Source: Burkholderiaceae bacterium (lineage in GTDB: Bacteria > Pseudomonadota > Gammaproteobacteria > Burkholderiales > Burkholderiaceae_E). From it: a stretch of DNA of 64,000 bases. Under the pieces are notes generated by a model that saw only the letters and a list, made by a program, of their open reading frames with translations, did no database searches and had not been told where the DNA came from. A program made the position numbers and the translations under genes. Below are positions 25,438 through 35,022 of this stretch, in pieces. The stretch lies in the NCBI GenBank assembly GCA_024637395.1, contig JAGXFG010000009.1, positions 1,157 to 65,156 of the forward strand. Reading direction: 5' to 3'. How positions within the stretch are numbered: the first letter of the stretch is position 1; each line of letters begins with the position of its first letter.

Positions 25438-26525
25438 TTGCACTGACCAGCGACACCGAAACCCGTCCCACCGCAGCCATGCGCGCCGCGATCGCGGCCG
25501 CCGAGGTAGGTGACGAACAGCGCCGCGAAGACCCCACGGTAAACCTGCTGCTGGAGCGCGTTGCCGAGCTGCTCGGCAAGGAAGCGGCCTTGTTCCTGCC
25601 CACCGGCACGATGTGCAACCTGGTCGCGGTCAAGACCCACACCCGCGCCGGCGACCTGATGCTGGCCGAGCGCGACGCCCATGTGCTGCGCGCCGAAGCG
25701 GGCGGTGCCGGGCTGGTCTCGGGAGTGCTTACCGAGCCCCTTTTGGGCGGACCCGGAACCGCCCGGCCTGCCGCCGGGAGCAACCAGGGCGGCGGCGATG
25801 CCAGGATTCCCGGCACCTTCACCGCAGCAGAGCTGAGTGACGCGCTCGATCGGATCAGCGCCATGCCCTCGCCCTATGCGCCCCCGCCCACGCTGCTGTG
25901 CGTCGAGCAGACGCACAATTTCGGCGGCGGTTCGATCTGGCCGCGCGAGCGGCTCGCCGCGGTGTGCGACCGGGCCCGTGACCGGGGACTGGCGATCCAC
26001 ATGGATGGCGCGCGGCTGCTCAATGCTGCCGTGGCCTCGGGAGTGACGGCCAGCGATTGGTGCTCCCACGTCGACTCGGCGTGGATCGATTTCACCAAGG
26101 GCCTGGGCGCCCCGATCGGATCGGTGCTCGCCGGTTCGCGCGAATTCATCGCCCGGGCTTACCGCTACAAATATGCTTTCGGCGGGGCCATGCGCCAGGC
26201 CGGGATCGCTGCGGCCGGCTGCCTGTACGCGCTCGACCACCACATCGAGCGCCTCGCCGATGACCATGCCAATGCGACGCTGCTCGCCGCCGGCATCGCC
26301 GCACTCCCCGGGTTGCGGCTGGTCTATGGCATGCCGCAGACCAACATCGTGTTCTTCGAAACCGAACCGGACACGGTTACGGCTGCCGAACTGGCACGGC
26401 GCTGTCTCGAGCGCGGACTGCGCATCGGCACCATCGGCGGAAAGATCCGCGCGGTCACCCACCTCGACGTCAGCCGCGCACAGGTCGACGAGGCTATCCA
26501 GATCATCGCCGACGTATTGCGCTGA
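25434..26525 (+). CDS. ltaE: Low-specificity L-threonine aldolase (beta-eliminating lyase family)
   Basis: MIALTSDTETRPT..MRAAIA...GDEQRREDPTVN.L...LFLPTGTMCNL...DFTKGLGAPIGS (PLP Lys)...VTHLDVSRAQV. ATGA overlap with the preceding gene. Carries an insertion of about 20 aa rich in Gly and Pro. Confidence 0.88.
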   Translation: MIALTSDTETRPTAAMRAAIAAAEVGDEQRREDPTVNLLLERVAELLGKEAALFLPTGTMCNLVAVKTHTRAGDLMLAERDAHVLRAEAGGAGLVSGVLTEPLLGGPGTARPAAGSNQGGGDARIPGTFTAAELSDALDRISAMPSPYAPPPTLLCVEQTHNFGGGSIWPRERLAAVCDRARDRGLAIHMDGARLLNAAVASGVTASDWCSHVDSAWIDFTKGLGAPIGSVLAGSREFIARAYRYKYAFGGAMRQAGIAAAGCLYALDHHIERLADDHANATLLAAGIAALPGLRLVYGMPQTNIVFFETEPDTVTAAELARRCLERGLRIGTIGGKIRAVTHLDVSRAQVDEAIQIIADVLR

Positions 26526-26536
26526 CCAGGTTCAGT

Positions 26537-29236
26537 TCAGCGGCGAACGCTGCGCCGCGCCTTGGGAGCGACGAGCGCCCGGCGCGCCGCGGTCGCGATG
26601 CTTGCGGCATCGACCCCGAAGAACTCGCGCAACGCCGCGCGGGTGTCGCTGCGGCCGAAACCGTCGGTGCCGAGCGTGACGTAGCGGCGCTGGTCGGGGA
26701 TGAACTCCCGAATGCTCTCGGGCACTGCCCGCACGTAGTCGCTGGCCGCGATGACCGGGCCGGCGGTGGCGCGCAACAGCTCGCCGATCCAGGGCTCGCG
26801 CGCCAGCGCCTGCTTGCCCGGCGCGGGTTGCTCGCAGGCCATGCCGTCGCGGGCCAGCTCGCTCCAGCTGGTGACGCTCAGCACATCGACCGCGATGCCG
26901 GCACCGGCCAGGTCGCGGGCGGCCGCCCTGGCTTCGGGCAGGATGGCGCCGGAAGCGAGCAGGGTCACGTGTCCGGCTGAACCATTGCCGTCCAGGCGCT
27001 CGAGCAGGTAGGCGCCGCGAATCACCTCGGCGGCACGCTCCGGGGGCAGGTCCGGCTGGGCGTAGTTCTCGTTCATCACCGTCACGTAGTAGAAGACGTC
27101 GCGCTGCTCCTCGAGCATCTCGCGCATCCCATGATCGATGATCACCGCCAACTCACCGGCGAAGGCCGGATCCCAGGCGCGACAGTTGGGGATCGTCGCC
27201 GCCCACAGATGGCTGCTGCCGTCCTGATGCTGCAGGCCTTCGCCGCCAAGCGTGGTCCGCCCCGAAGTAGCGCCGAGCAGGAAACCCCGTGGGCGCTGGT
27301 CCGCGGCCGCCCAGATCTGGTCGCCGACCCGCTGGAACCCGAACATCGAGTAGTAGATGTAGAACGGCAGCATCGCCACGCCGTGCACGCTGTAGCTGGT
27401 GGCCGCGGCGGTCCAGCTCGCCATGGCTCCGGCCTCGTTGATGCCTTCCTCGATGATCTGCCCCTCGCGCGCCTCGCGATAGCTCAGCACCGAACCGATA
27501 TCCTCGGGCGCATAGCGCTGGCCGACGCTCGAATAGATGCCGACCTGCTTGAACAGGTTGGCCATCCCGAAGGTGCGCGCCTCGTCGGCCACGATCGGCA
27601 CGATGCGCGGCCCCAGCACCGGATCCTTGAGCAGCGCGCCGAGCATGCGCACGAAGGCCATCGTCGTGCTCATTTCGCGCGCGCCGGTCACCAGCGCGAA
27701 CTGGGCATATTTACTGGTTGGCGGCACTGCGACCGGCTCGCAGTCGGTCCGGCGCGCCGGCAGATAACCGCCGAGGCGCTGGCGCTGCTGGTGCAGGTAG
27801 CGCAACTCGGCGGAGTCGGCCGCCGGCCGGAAGAAAGACAGGGTCCGCACCTGCTCGTCGCTCAGCGGCAGATCGAAGCGGTTGCGAAACGCGATCAGGT
27901 CGGTTTCCTCCAGGCTCTTCTGGGAGTGGGTGGTCATCCGCCCCTGCGCGGCCGGCCCCATCCCGTAGCCCTTCTTGGTCTGGGCCAGCACCACGCTGGG
28001 CTGCCCGGTGTGGGCCGCGGCGGCGGCATAGGCGGCGTGGATCTTGACGATGTCATGGCCGCCGCGCTTGAGGCGGTCGATCTGTTCGTCGGTCATCCCC
28101 TGCGCCAGCCTGGCCAGTTCCGGATCCTGGCCGAAGAAATTCTCGCGGTTGTAGCGGCCATCGCGGGCCGCGAAGGTCTGCATCTGGCCATCGACAGTGC
28201 CGGCAAACGCCCGCACCAGGGCGCCGTTGCGGTCGCGCGCGAACAGCCCGTCCCAGTCGCTGCCCCAAACCAGCTTGATCACGTTCCAGCCCGCGCCGGC
28301 GAACAGTTTTTCGAGCTCGTCGATGATCCGGCCGTTGCCGCGCACCGGCCCGTCGAGCCGCTGCAGGTTGCAGTTGATCACCCAGACCAGGTTGTCGAGA
28401 CCCTCACGCGCTGCCAGCGTCAGCGCGCTCATCGACTCCGGTTCGTCCATTTCGCCGTCGCCGAAGATCCCCCAGACCTTGCGGCCGGTGCAGTCGAGCA
28501 GCCTGCGATGGGTCAGATAGCGCATGAACCGGGCGTGGAAGATCGAGCTGATCGGTCCGATCCCCATCGAGCCGGTGGGAAACTGCCAGAAATCGGGCAT
28601 CAGGTAGGGATGGGGGTAACTGCTCAGTCCCCGGGCGCCGTGCTTGGGTGCGCTCAGCTCCTGGCGATAGAAGCCCAGGTCACGCTCCTCGAGCCGCCCC
28701 TCGAGGTATGCCCTGGCGTACACGCCCGGTGCGCTGTGCGGTTGCAGGAACACCAGGTCCCCGTGCCGCGCTCCGGCCGGGGGGGAGTTCTCGCCGCCCG
28801 GGGCTGCCGCATCTTCTCCCCCGTCGCCGCGAAAGAAGTGATTGAAGCCGGTCTCGAACAGGTCGGCGGCACTGGCATAGCTCGCGATGTGACCGCCGAG
28901 ATCGCCGTAGCTCTGGTTGGCCCGGGCCACCATCGCCAGCGCGTTCCAGCGCATCAGCGCCGCGAGTCGCTCCTCGAGCGCCAGATCGCCGGGGAACACC
29001 GGCTGCTCGGCGACGTCGATGGTGTTCACATACGGGGTGGCAAGCTCGGGACGCCAGCCGACCCGGCGCTCACGGGCAACTCGCACCAGTTCGTCGAGAA
29101 TCCAGTTGGCCCGCGCCGCGCCGTGGGCATCGACGAGCGCCTCAAAGGCCTCGCGCCATTCGCTGGTTTCCTGCGGGTCAGGGTCTTCGACCCCGCCCGC
29201 TGTGCTCTGCTCTTCGCTCACCACTTCCCCCGGCAT
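26537..29236 (-). CDS. aceE: Pyruvate dehydrogenase E1 component, homodimeric type
   Basis: 899 aa. ...ETSEWREAFEALV...WILDEL...; a TPP-binding region; GTDGFGRSDTR near the C-terminus. Confidence 0.93.
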   Translation of the reverse strand: MPGEVVSEEQSTAGGVEDPDPQETSEWREAFEALVDAHGAARANWILDELVRVARERRVGWRPELATPYVNTIDVAEQPVFPGDLALEERLAALMRWNALAMVARANQSYGDLGGHIASYASAADLFETGFNHFFRGDGGEDAAAPGGENSPPAGARHGDLVFLQPHSAPGVYARAYLEGRLEERDLGFYRQELSAPKHGARGLSSYPHPYLMPDFWQFPTGSMGIGPISSIFHARFMRYLTHRRLLDCTGRKVWGIFGDGEMDEPESMSALTLAAREGLDNLVWVINCNLQRLDGPVRGNGRIIDELEKLFAGAGWNVIKLVWGSDWDGLFARDRNGALVRAFAGTVDGQMQTFAARDGRYNRENFFGQDPELARLAQGMTDEQIDRLKRGGHDIVKIHAAYAAAAAHTGQPSVVLAQTKKGYGMGPAAQGRMTTHSQKSLEETDLIAFRNRFDLPLSDEQVRTLSFFRPAADSAELRYLHQQRQRLGGYLPARRTDCEPVAVPPTSKYAQFALVTGAREMSTTMAFVRMLGALLKDPVLGPRIVPIVADEARTFGMANLFKQVGIYSSVGQRYAPEDIGSVLSYREAREGQIIEEGINEAGAMASWTAAATSYSVHGVAMLPFYIYYSMFGFQRVGDQIWAAADQRPRGFLLGATSGRTTLGGEGLQHQDGSSHLWAATIPNCRAWDPAFAGELAVIIDHGMREMLEEQRDVFYYVTVMNENYAQPDLPPERAAEVIRGAYLLERLDGNGSAGHVTLLASGAILPEARAAARDLAGAGIAVDVLSVTSWSELARDGMACEQPAPGKQALAREPWIGELLRATAGPVIAASDYVRAVPESIREFIPDQRRYVTLGTDGFGRSDTRAALREFFGVDAASIATAARRALVAPKARRSVRR

Positions 29237-29318
29237 GATTGGCGCGCACTGCGCACACCCCCGAGATTACACTTGGTCGGCATTGCCAGCCTACCCACCA
29301 CTTAGCGAGGCCCTCACC

Positions 29319-30014
29319 ATGACCCTCCGAGTTACCCTCTTCGCCCTGGCGCTGCTGGCGCCGACAATTCCGCCGGCGCTGGCCGAACCGGCCACCGCCC
29401 CGGCCGAGCCGGTCCTGCGCCTGAGCGCCGAAGCTGTGCGCAGCGTCAATCTCGACGAGATGACGGTAGTGCTCGCCAGCGAGCGCTCCGGCGAGGCGCC
29501 CGGCGCACTCAACGCGCAGGTGCTCGCGGAACTCGACGCCACCCTCGCCGAGGCCCGCGGCACCCCAGGGATCGTAGCCCGACTGGGCAGTCTCCAGACC
29601 CAGCCGGCAGCGCGCGGCCGACCCGGCCCATGGCAGGTGCGCGGCGAAATCGTCCTCGAGGCGCGCGACTTCCGGGTGCTGGGGGACCTCGCCGGGCGGC
29701 TCGCACAACGGCTGCAAATCAGCGCGGTCCGTTTTGGCCTCTCCGGCGAAAAGCGCCGCTCAGTGGAGCGGGAATTGCTCGCCGAGGCCGCCGCCTCATT
29801 CCAGGACAAGGCCAGCGCCGCGGCGCGGGCTTTCGGTTTTGCGCACTACCGCATCGGCGAAATTACCCTCGGCACCTCAGGACCGCGCCCGGGACCGCTG
29901 ATGATGCGCATGGCAGCGAGCGCCGAAGCGGCGATCGGTGTTCCGAGCGAGGGCGGCGAGACCGACGTCCAGGTGCGGGTCGAGGGCACGGTGCTGTTGC
30001 TGGCGGCGCGCTAG
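29319..30014 (+). CDS. SIMPL/DUF541-like periplasmic protein
   Basis: Signal peptide MTLRVTLFALALLAPTIPPALA, then a layout like YggE/SIMPL proteins (...RELLAEAAASFQDKASAAARAFGF...V.V.V.GTV.L). The track ORF is over-extended at the 5' end. Confidence 0.7.
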   Translation: MTLRVTLFALALLAPTIPPALAEPATAPAEPVLRLSAEAVRSVNLDEMTVVLASERSGEAPGALNAQVLAELDATLAEARGTPGIVARLGSLQTQPAARGRPGPWQVRGEIVLEARDFRVLGDLAGRLAQRLQISAVRFGLSGEKRRSVERELLAEAAASFQDKASAAARAFGFAHYRIGEITLGTSGPRPGPLMMRMAASAEAAIGVPSEGGETDVQVRVEGTVLLLAAR

Positions 30015-30098
30015 CATGGTCCGGCCCGGACCCGACGCCGGGCGCAGCGCGAGACGGCTAGAATGACCCGAACATCAGACCCCACGAGGAGCCAGATC

Positions 30099-30728
30099 AT
30101 GAGCATCGAGCTATTCACCTTCGACACCCCCAATGGCCGCAAGATCAGCGTTGCGCTCGAGGAAATGGGTCTGCCCTACAGCGTGAAAGTGGTCGACATC
30201 CGCAAGGGGGACCAGTTCAGCGAAGACTTCCTGAAGATCAGTCCCAACAACAAGATCCCGGCGATCATCGACTCTGACGGACCAGGCGGAGCCCCGATCA
30301 GCGTGTTCGAGTCGGGAGCGATCCTGCTCTATCTCGGCGAAAAGACCGGCAAGTTCCTGCCGCCCGACCTGCGGGCGCGGGTTCCGGTGCTGGAGTGGCT
30401 GAATTTCCAGGTGGGCGGATTCGGTCCGGCACCTGGCCAGGTCCACCATTTCGCCGGTCTGGAGAACGAGACCGACCAGCGCTATGGACTCGAGCGCTTC
30501 TCCCAGGAGACCAGACGGCTCTACGGGGTCATGGACCGCCGGCTGGCGCAGCACGAGTTCTTCGCTGACGAGATCTCGATTGCCGATTTCGCCATCATCG
30601 GCTGGGCCTGGCGTCATCAGCGCCACCGGATCGACCTGGCCGATTTCCCGAACGTGGGCCGCTGGTATGAGCTGATGATGGCGCGCCCGGGTGTGCAGCG
30701 CGGCTTCAAGGTCAAGCTCAGCCCGTAA
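30099..30728 (+). CDS. Glutathione S-transferase (Nu/YfcG-like)
   Basis: MSIELFTFDTPNGRKISVALEEMGLPY...ISPNNKIPAIID...VFESGAILLYL. The RBS GAGGAG lies upstream of 30099. Confidence 0.9.
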   Translation: MSIELFTFDTPNGRKISVALEEMGLPYSVKVVDIRKGDQFSEDFLKISPNNKIPAIIDSDGPGGAPISVFESGAILLYLGEKTGKFLPPDLRARVPVLEWLNFQVGGFGPAPGQVHHFAGLENETDQRYGLERFSQETRRLYGVMDRRLAQHEFFADEISIADFAIIGWAWRHQRHRIDLADFPNVGRWYELMMARPGVQRGFKVKLSP

Positions 30729-30770
30729 GCGCAGGCAGCGCGGCGCCAGCCTCAGGAATCGGCTGACCGG

Positions 30771-30790
30771 CGGGGCGGGGCGGGGCGGGG
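30771..30790 (+). repeat. (CGGGG)x4 pentanucleotide tandem repeat / G-quadruplex motif
   Basis: ccgg-CGGGG-CGGGG-CGGGG-CGGGG-cggtg, i.e. four G4 runs separated by single C residues, in the GST-potF intergenic region. Confidence 0.9.
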
Positions 30791-30918
30791 CGGTGATAAC
30801 CTCACGCCTTTGACCTGCCATTGATTTTCTGGCGGCGAATTGGGGTACCATGCCGCCGCGCCCGGGCGGACCACGCCAGCGGCCACGCTGCCATTGACAT
30901 TTCGTGGAGGCCACAAAC

Positions 30919-32061
30919 ATGAACAAGACCTTGCTCGTCACTGTCGTGGGTGCCGTTTTGCTCGCGTCGTGCGGAAAGAACGAGCCGCCCAAGGCTGGCG
31001 CGGAGAAAGCTGCCGGCGCCGCGGCGGTGGCCGAGGAGAAGCTGCTCAACGTCTACAACTGGCCCGACTACATCGCCCAGGACATGTTGGCGGACTTCAC
31101 CAAGGAGACCGGGATCAAGGTCAACTACCAGACTTTCGAGAACAACGAGAGCCTGCAGGCCAAGCTGGTGGCCGGCAATTCCGGCTACGACATCGTCGTT
31201 CCCGGCGCCGTCTTTGCGAAGTCGCAAATCGAGGCCGGCCTGCTGAGGAAACTAGACAAGTCCCGGATCCCCAATCTCGCCAATCTCGACCCGGCGATCA
31301 TGGCCAAGCTGGACAAGGTCGACCCCGGCAACCAGTACCTGGTGCCCTGGGCGTGGAGTTTCACTACGGTCGGAATCAACAAGACCAAGGCGCTCAAGGC
31401 GCTGGGTGATCTGCCCCTGCCCGACAATGCCTGGGACCTGGTGTTCAACCCCACCTACACTGCCCGTCTGGCGTCCTGCGGCATCGCTTTCCTGGACTCC
31501 CCGACCGAGATCCTGCCGCCGGCGCTGCATTACATCGGCAAGGACGCCTATTCCGACGACCCGGCCGATCACCAGGCCGCCGGCGAAATGCTGGCCAAGG
31601 TCCGCAAGGACATCCGCTTCTTCTCGAGCACCATGATCGATGACATCGCCACCGGCAGGGCCTGCGTCGTGCTGGGCTGGGCGGGAGACATCAACATCGC
31701 CCGCACCCGCGCAATCGAGAACCAGAGCGGCTTCGAAATCGAGGCGCTGGTGCCCAAGACCGGAGCGCCGATCTTCTTCGACAGCCTGGCGGTCCCGAAG
31801 GATGCGGGGCATCCCAACAACGCCATGGCATTCATCGACTTCTTCCTGCGCCCGGCAATCTCGGCGGCACTGACCAATGAATTGAGCTACCCGAGCGCCA
31901 ACAAGGCCAGTGTTGCGCTGGTCCAGCCGGAGGTGGCCCAGAACAAATCCGTCTTCCTCAGCGAGCAGGCGCTCGGCACGATGGTTCCGCCGTCGAGCCT
32001 GAGCAACTCGGCCCGCGCTTCGATGACCAGTGTCTACACCAACTTCAAGAAGGGCAGCTAG
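30919..32061 (+). CDS. potF: Putrescine-binding periplasmic lipoprotein
   Basis: MNKTLLVTVVGAVLLASCG (lipobox), then LNVYNWPDYIAQDML..F.KETGIKV.Y. GGAGG lies upstream. Confidence 0.92.
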   Translation: MNKTLLVTVVGAVLLASCGKNEPPKAGAEKAAGAAAVAEEKLLNVYNWPDYIAQDMLADFTKETGIKVNYQTFENNESLQAKLVAGNSGYDIVVPGAVFAKSQIEAGLLRKLDKSRIPNLANLDPAIMAKLDKVDPGNQYLVPWAWSFTTVGINKTKALKALGDLPLPDNAWDLVFNPTYTARLASCGIAFLDSPTEILPPALHYIGKDAYSDDPADHQAAGEMLAKVRKDIRFFSSTMIDDIATGRACVVLGWAGDINIARTRAIENQSGFEIEALVPKTGAPIFFDSLAVPKDAGHPNNAMAFIDFFLRPAISAALTNELSYPSANKASVALVQPEVAQNKSVFLSEQALGTMVPPSSLSNSARASMTSVYTNFKKGS

Positions 32062-32144
32062 CGACAGCCACGGTAAGTTGTCGAGCTATGGCACGCGGCT
32101 GGGGCGTCCCGGCGCACGATTGGTTCTGAAGGCGAGACGAGTCG

Positions 32145-33245
32145 ATGGTCGGTGATCCTGGTGAATCGGCAAGCTATCTGAGAATTGACGGCCTCTCCAA
32201 GAGGTTCGACAGTGTCCTGGCCGTCGACAATGTCTGCCTGGATATTCCCCAGGGGCAAATCTTTGCCCTGCTCGGCAGTTCCGGCTGCGGGAAGTCGACG
32301 CTGCTGCGGATGCTCGCCGGATTCGAAACGCCGAGCGCCGGGAGGATTCTGCTGGGGGGGCGCGACATCGCCACGTTGCCGCCCTACGAGCGCCCGATCA
32401 ACATGATGTTCCAGTCCTACGCCCTGTTCCCGCACCTGAGCGTCTGGGAGAACGTCGCGTTCGGGCTCAAGCGCATGGCAATGCCCAGGGAGCAGATCGC
32501 AACCCGGGTGGCGCAGATGCTCGACCTGGTCCAGATGGGGAGCCTCGCCAACCGCAAGCCCAGCACCCTTTCGGGCGGCCAGCAGCAGCGGGTCGCGCTG
32601 GCCCGCAGCCTGGCCAGAAACCCGCAACTGCTGCTGCTCGACGAGCCGCTGGGGGCGCTCGACAAGAAGCTGCGCCAGCAGACCCAGTTCGAGTTGAGCC
32701 GGATCATCGGCTCGGTCGCAGTGACCTGCGTCATGGTGACCCACGACCAGGAAGAGGCCATGACCATGGCCTCGCGGATCGCGGTGATGAGCGAAGGACG
32801 AATTCTGCAGGTCGGCACTCCCAGCGAGATATACGAGTTCCCGAACTGCCGTTTCGTCGCCGATTTCATCGGCAATGTGAATCTGCTCGATGGCACCCTC
32901 GCCGGCCAGCAGGAGGGGCTGCGCAAGATCAGCGTCGGGACCGCGGCAATCGTGGCGCCCTCGGGCGACGGCGCGGTTGGGGAACCGATGGCGGTCGCGA
33001 TTCGTCCGGAGAAGATCCGGATCGGCAAGGCCCCGCCCACCGGGGCGGCCAATGTGCTGGCCGGCGTGGTCGAGGAAATCGCCTACCTCGGCAGCTTCAG
33101 CACCTACGTGGTGGCAGTTCCCGGCCAGCCCGCCCTGCGGGTGACCGAGGTCAACCGTTCGCACCAGGCGCAGAGTCCGATCGCGCGCGGCGACCAGGTC
33201 TGGTGCTGGTGGGATCCGCAGGCGTCGCTGGTCCTGACCTCATGA
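32145..33245 (+). CDS. potG: Putrescine ABC transporter ATP-binding protein
   Basis: GSSGCGKSTLLRMLAGFE, LSGGQQQRVALARSLA, LLLLDEPLGALD, and a C-terminal TOBE-like region. Confidence 0.93.
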   Translation: MVGDPGESASYLRIDGLSKRFDSVLAVDNVCLDIPQGQIFALLGSSGCGKSTLLRMLAGFETPSAGRILLGGRDIATLPPYERPINMMFQSYALFPHLSVWENVAFGLKRMAMPREQIATRVAQMLDLVQMGSLANRKPSTLSGGQQQRVALARSLARNPQLLLLDEPLGALDKKLRQQTQFELSRIIGSVAVTCVMVTHDQEEAMTMASRIAVMSEGRILQVGTPSEIYEFPNCRFVADFIGNVNLLDGTLAGQQEGLRKISVGTAAIVAPSGDGAVGEPMAVAIRPEKIRIGKAPPTGAANVLAGVVEEIAYLGSFSTYVVAVPGQPALRVTEVNRSHQAQSPIARGDQVWCWWDPQASLVLTS

Positions 33246-34186
33246 GCGCGGTTGCGTCCGGACCTCTTCTGCGGCGCTTCGCGATCAGGGGGCGCGACGC
33301 CGTGCTGGGCGTGCCCTTCGGGTGGTTGATCATCTTCTTTGCGGTCCCGTTCGTGATCCTGCTGCGGATCAGCATCACCGACGTCGGCGAGCAGCTCGAT
33401 CCGTTCGCGCCGCTCATCGCAGTCCAGGACGGCAGCTGGCAGTTGTTGTGGAAACCGGAGAATTTCTTCTCGCTGGTGCGCGACGCGCAAGGGCCGTGGA
33501 GCCCGACGCTCTACATCGAGTCGTACCTGCTGTCGATCAAGTACGCCGCCTGGACCACCGCGCTGTGCCTGTTGATCGGCTACCCCTTCGCGTATTTCAT
33601 CGCCCGCACCAGGCCGCTGCTGCGCTCACTGCTGCTGCTGATGATCATGCTGCCCTTCTGGACTTCGTTCCTGTTGCGGGTCTACGCCTGGAAGGGAATC
33701 CTGGCCGACCAGGGGGTCGTAAACCAGGTCTTCCTCGCCATCGGATTGGTCGACCAGCCGATCCAGATGCTCTACACCGACGTTTCGATGCTGGTGGGGA
33801 TGACCTATGTCTACCTGCCGTTCATGGTGCTGCCCCTGTACGCCAACCTGGTCAAGATGGACCTCCGGCTGATCGAGGCTTCGCAGGACCTGGGAGCCAG
33901 CGCGTGGAAGACGTTCTGGCTGCTCACGGTGCCGCTGAGCCGGGCTGGAATCCTGGCCGGATCGCTGCTGGTGTTCGTCCCGAGCATGGGTGAATTCGTC
34001 ATCCCGTCGCTGCTCGGGGGCGCGGAAAATCTGATGATCGGCCGCGTCGTCTGGGACGAGATGTTCAGCAGCAACAACTGGCCGCGCGCGAGCGCGCTGG
34101 CGATCACGATGATCGTCCTGGTGGTGCTGCCGCTGGCCCTCTACAACCAGCGCGTCGCCCGCAAGGTGCAAGGAGAGGCCCTGTGA
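33242..34186 (+). CDS. potH: Putrescine ABC transporter permease
   Basis: Polytopic protein with the EAA loop ...LIEASQDLGAS.WKTF..LTVPLS. ATGA overlap with potG. Confidence 0.92.
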   Translation: MSAVASGPLLRRFAIRGRDAVLGVPFGWLIIFFAVPFVILLRISITDVGEQLDPFAPLIAVQDGSWQLLWKPENFFSLVRDAQGPWSPTLYIESYLLSIKYAAWTTALCLLIGYPFAYFIARTRPLLRSLLLLMIMLPFWTSFLLRVYAWKGILADQGVVNQVFLAIGLVDQPIQMLYTDVSMLVGMTYVYLPFMVLPLYANLVKMDLRLIEASQDLGASAWKTFWLLTVPLSRAGILAGSLLVFVPSMGEFVIPSLLGGAENLMIGRVVWDEMFSSNNWPRASALAITMIVLVVLPLALYNQRVARKVQGEAL

Positions 34187-35016
34187 GCGCGCTCGCGCGC
34201 TGGGTGAGCGCCAACCTCTCGAAGATCTGGATGGCGGCGGTGTTTGCCTTCCTGTACATGCCGCTCGCCTTCCTGGTCATCTTTTCTTTCAACAGCACCC
34301 GCCAGGACAGCGTCTTCACCGGCTTTTCGTTGCGCTGGTACCAGGCGCTGGTCGACGACGTGCGCATCGTCGAGGGCTTCGCGCTGTCGCTGCGGGTCGC
34401 CCTGGTCAGCGCGACCATGGCCACAGTACTGGCCACGCTGGCCGCCTACGCGCTGGTGCGCTTCGGGCGCTTCCGCGCCCGGCCGGTCTTCGCGGCGATG
34501 CTCAATGCGCCGCTGGTGATGCCGGAGGTGATCGTCGGCCTCTCGCTGCTGCTGCTGTTCGTCGGCGCGCAGCGGCTCATCGGCTGGCCGGACCGCGGCG
34601 CCATCACCATCGTGCTCGGTCACACCCTGCTGGGCATGGCCTATGCAACGGTGGTCGTGCAGTCCCGCCTGCAGGAGATGGACCCGGCGATGGAGGAGGC
34701 CGCGATGGACCTCGGCTGCCGGCCGGCACAGGTCTTCTTCCTGGTCACGCTGCCCAATATTTCGCAGGCGCTGGTGGCGGCATGGCTGCTGACTTTCACG
34801 CTCTCGTTCGACGACGTCGTGGTCTCCGAGTTCCTCTCCGGCCCCGGGGTCACCACCCTGCCCCAGGTGATATTCAGTTATGCCCGGCGCGGGGTCAACC
34901 CGTCGATCTACGCTGCCGCCACGCTGCTGATGGCGGCGGTCACCCTGGCGGTGGTGGTCTATGGAGTGCGGGCCTCGCGGCGCGCCCGCGCGCTGGCCGC
35001 GGCCGCGGCCGCCTGA
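34183..35016 (+). CDS. potI: Putrescine ABC transporter permease
   Basis: Contains ...EEAAMDLGCRPAQVFFLVTLP.... The GTG start overlaps the potH stop. Confidence 0.92.
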   Translation: MSALARWVSANLSKIWMAAVFAFLYMPLAFLVIFSFNSTRQDSVFTGFSLRWYQALVDDVRIVEGFALSLRVALVSATMATVLATLAAYALVRFGRFRARPVFAAMLNAPLVMPEVIVGLSLLLLFVGAQRLIGWPDRGAITIVLGHTLLGMAYATVVVQSRLQEMDPAMEEAAMDLGCRPAQVFFLVTLPNISQALVAAWLLTFTLSFDDVVVSEFLSGPGVTTLPQVIFSYARRGVNPSIYAAATLLMAAVTLAVVVYGVRASRRARALAAAAAA

Positions 35017-35022
35017 GTGGTT

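Noticed and set aside
27131-29305. 724-aa + strand ORF
   Set aside because: It is antisense to aceE, which has unmistakable E1 motifs. The ORF has no recognisable domain and an Arg/Ala/Gly-rich composition.
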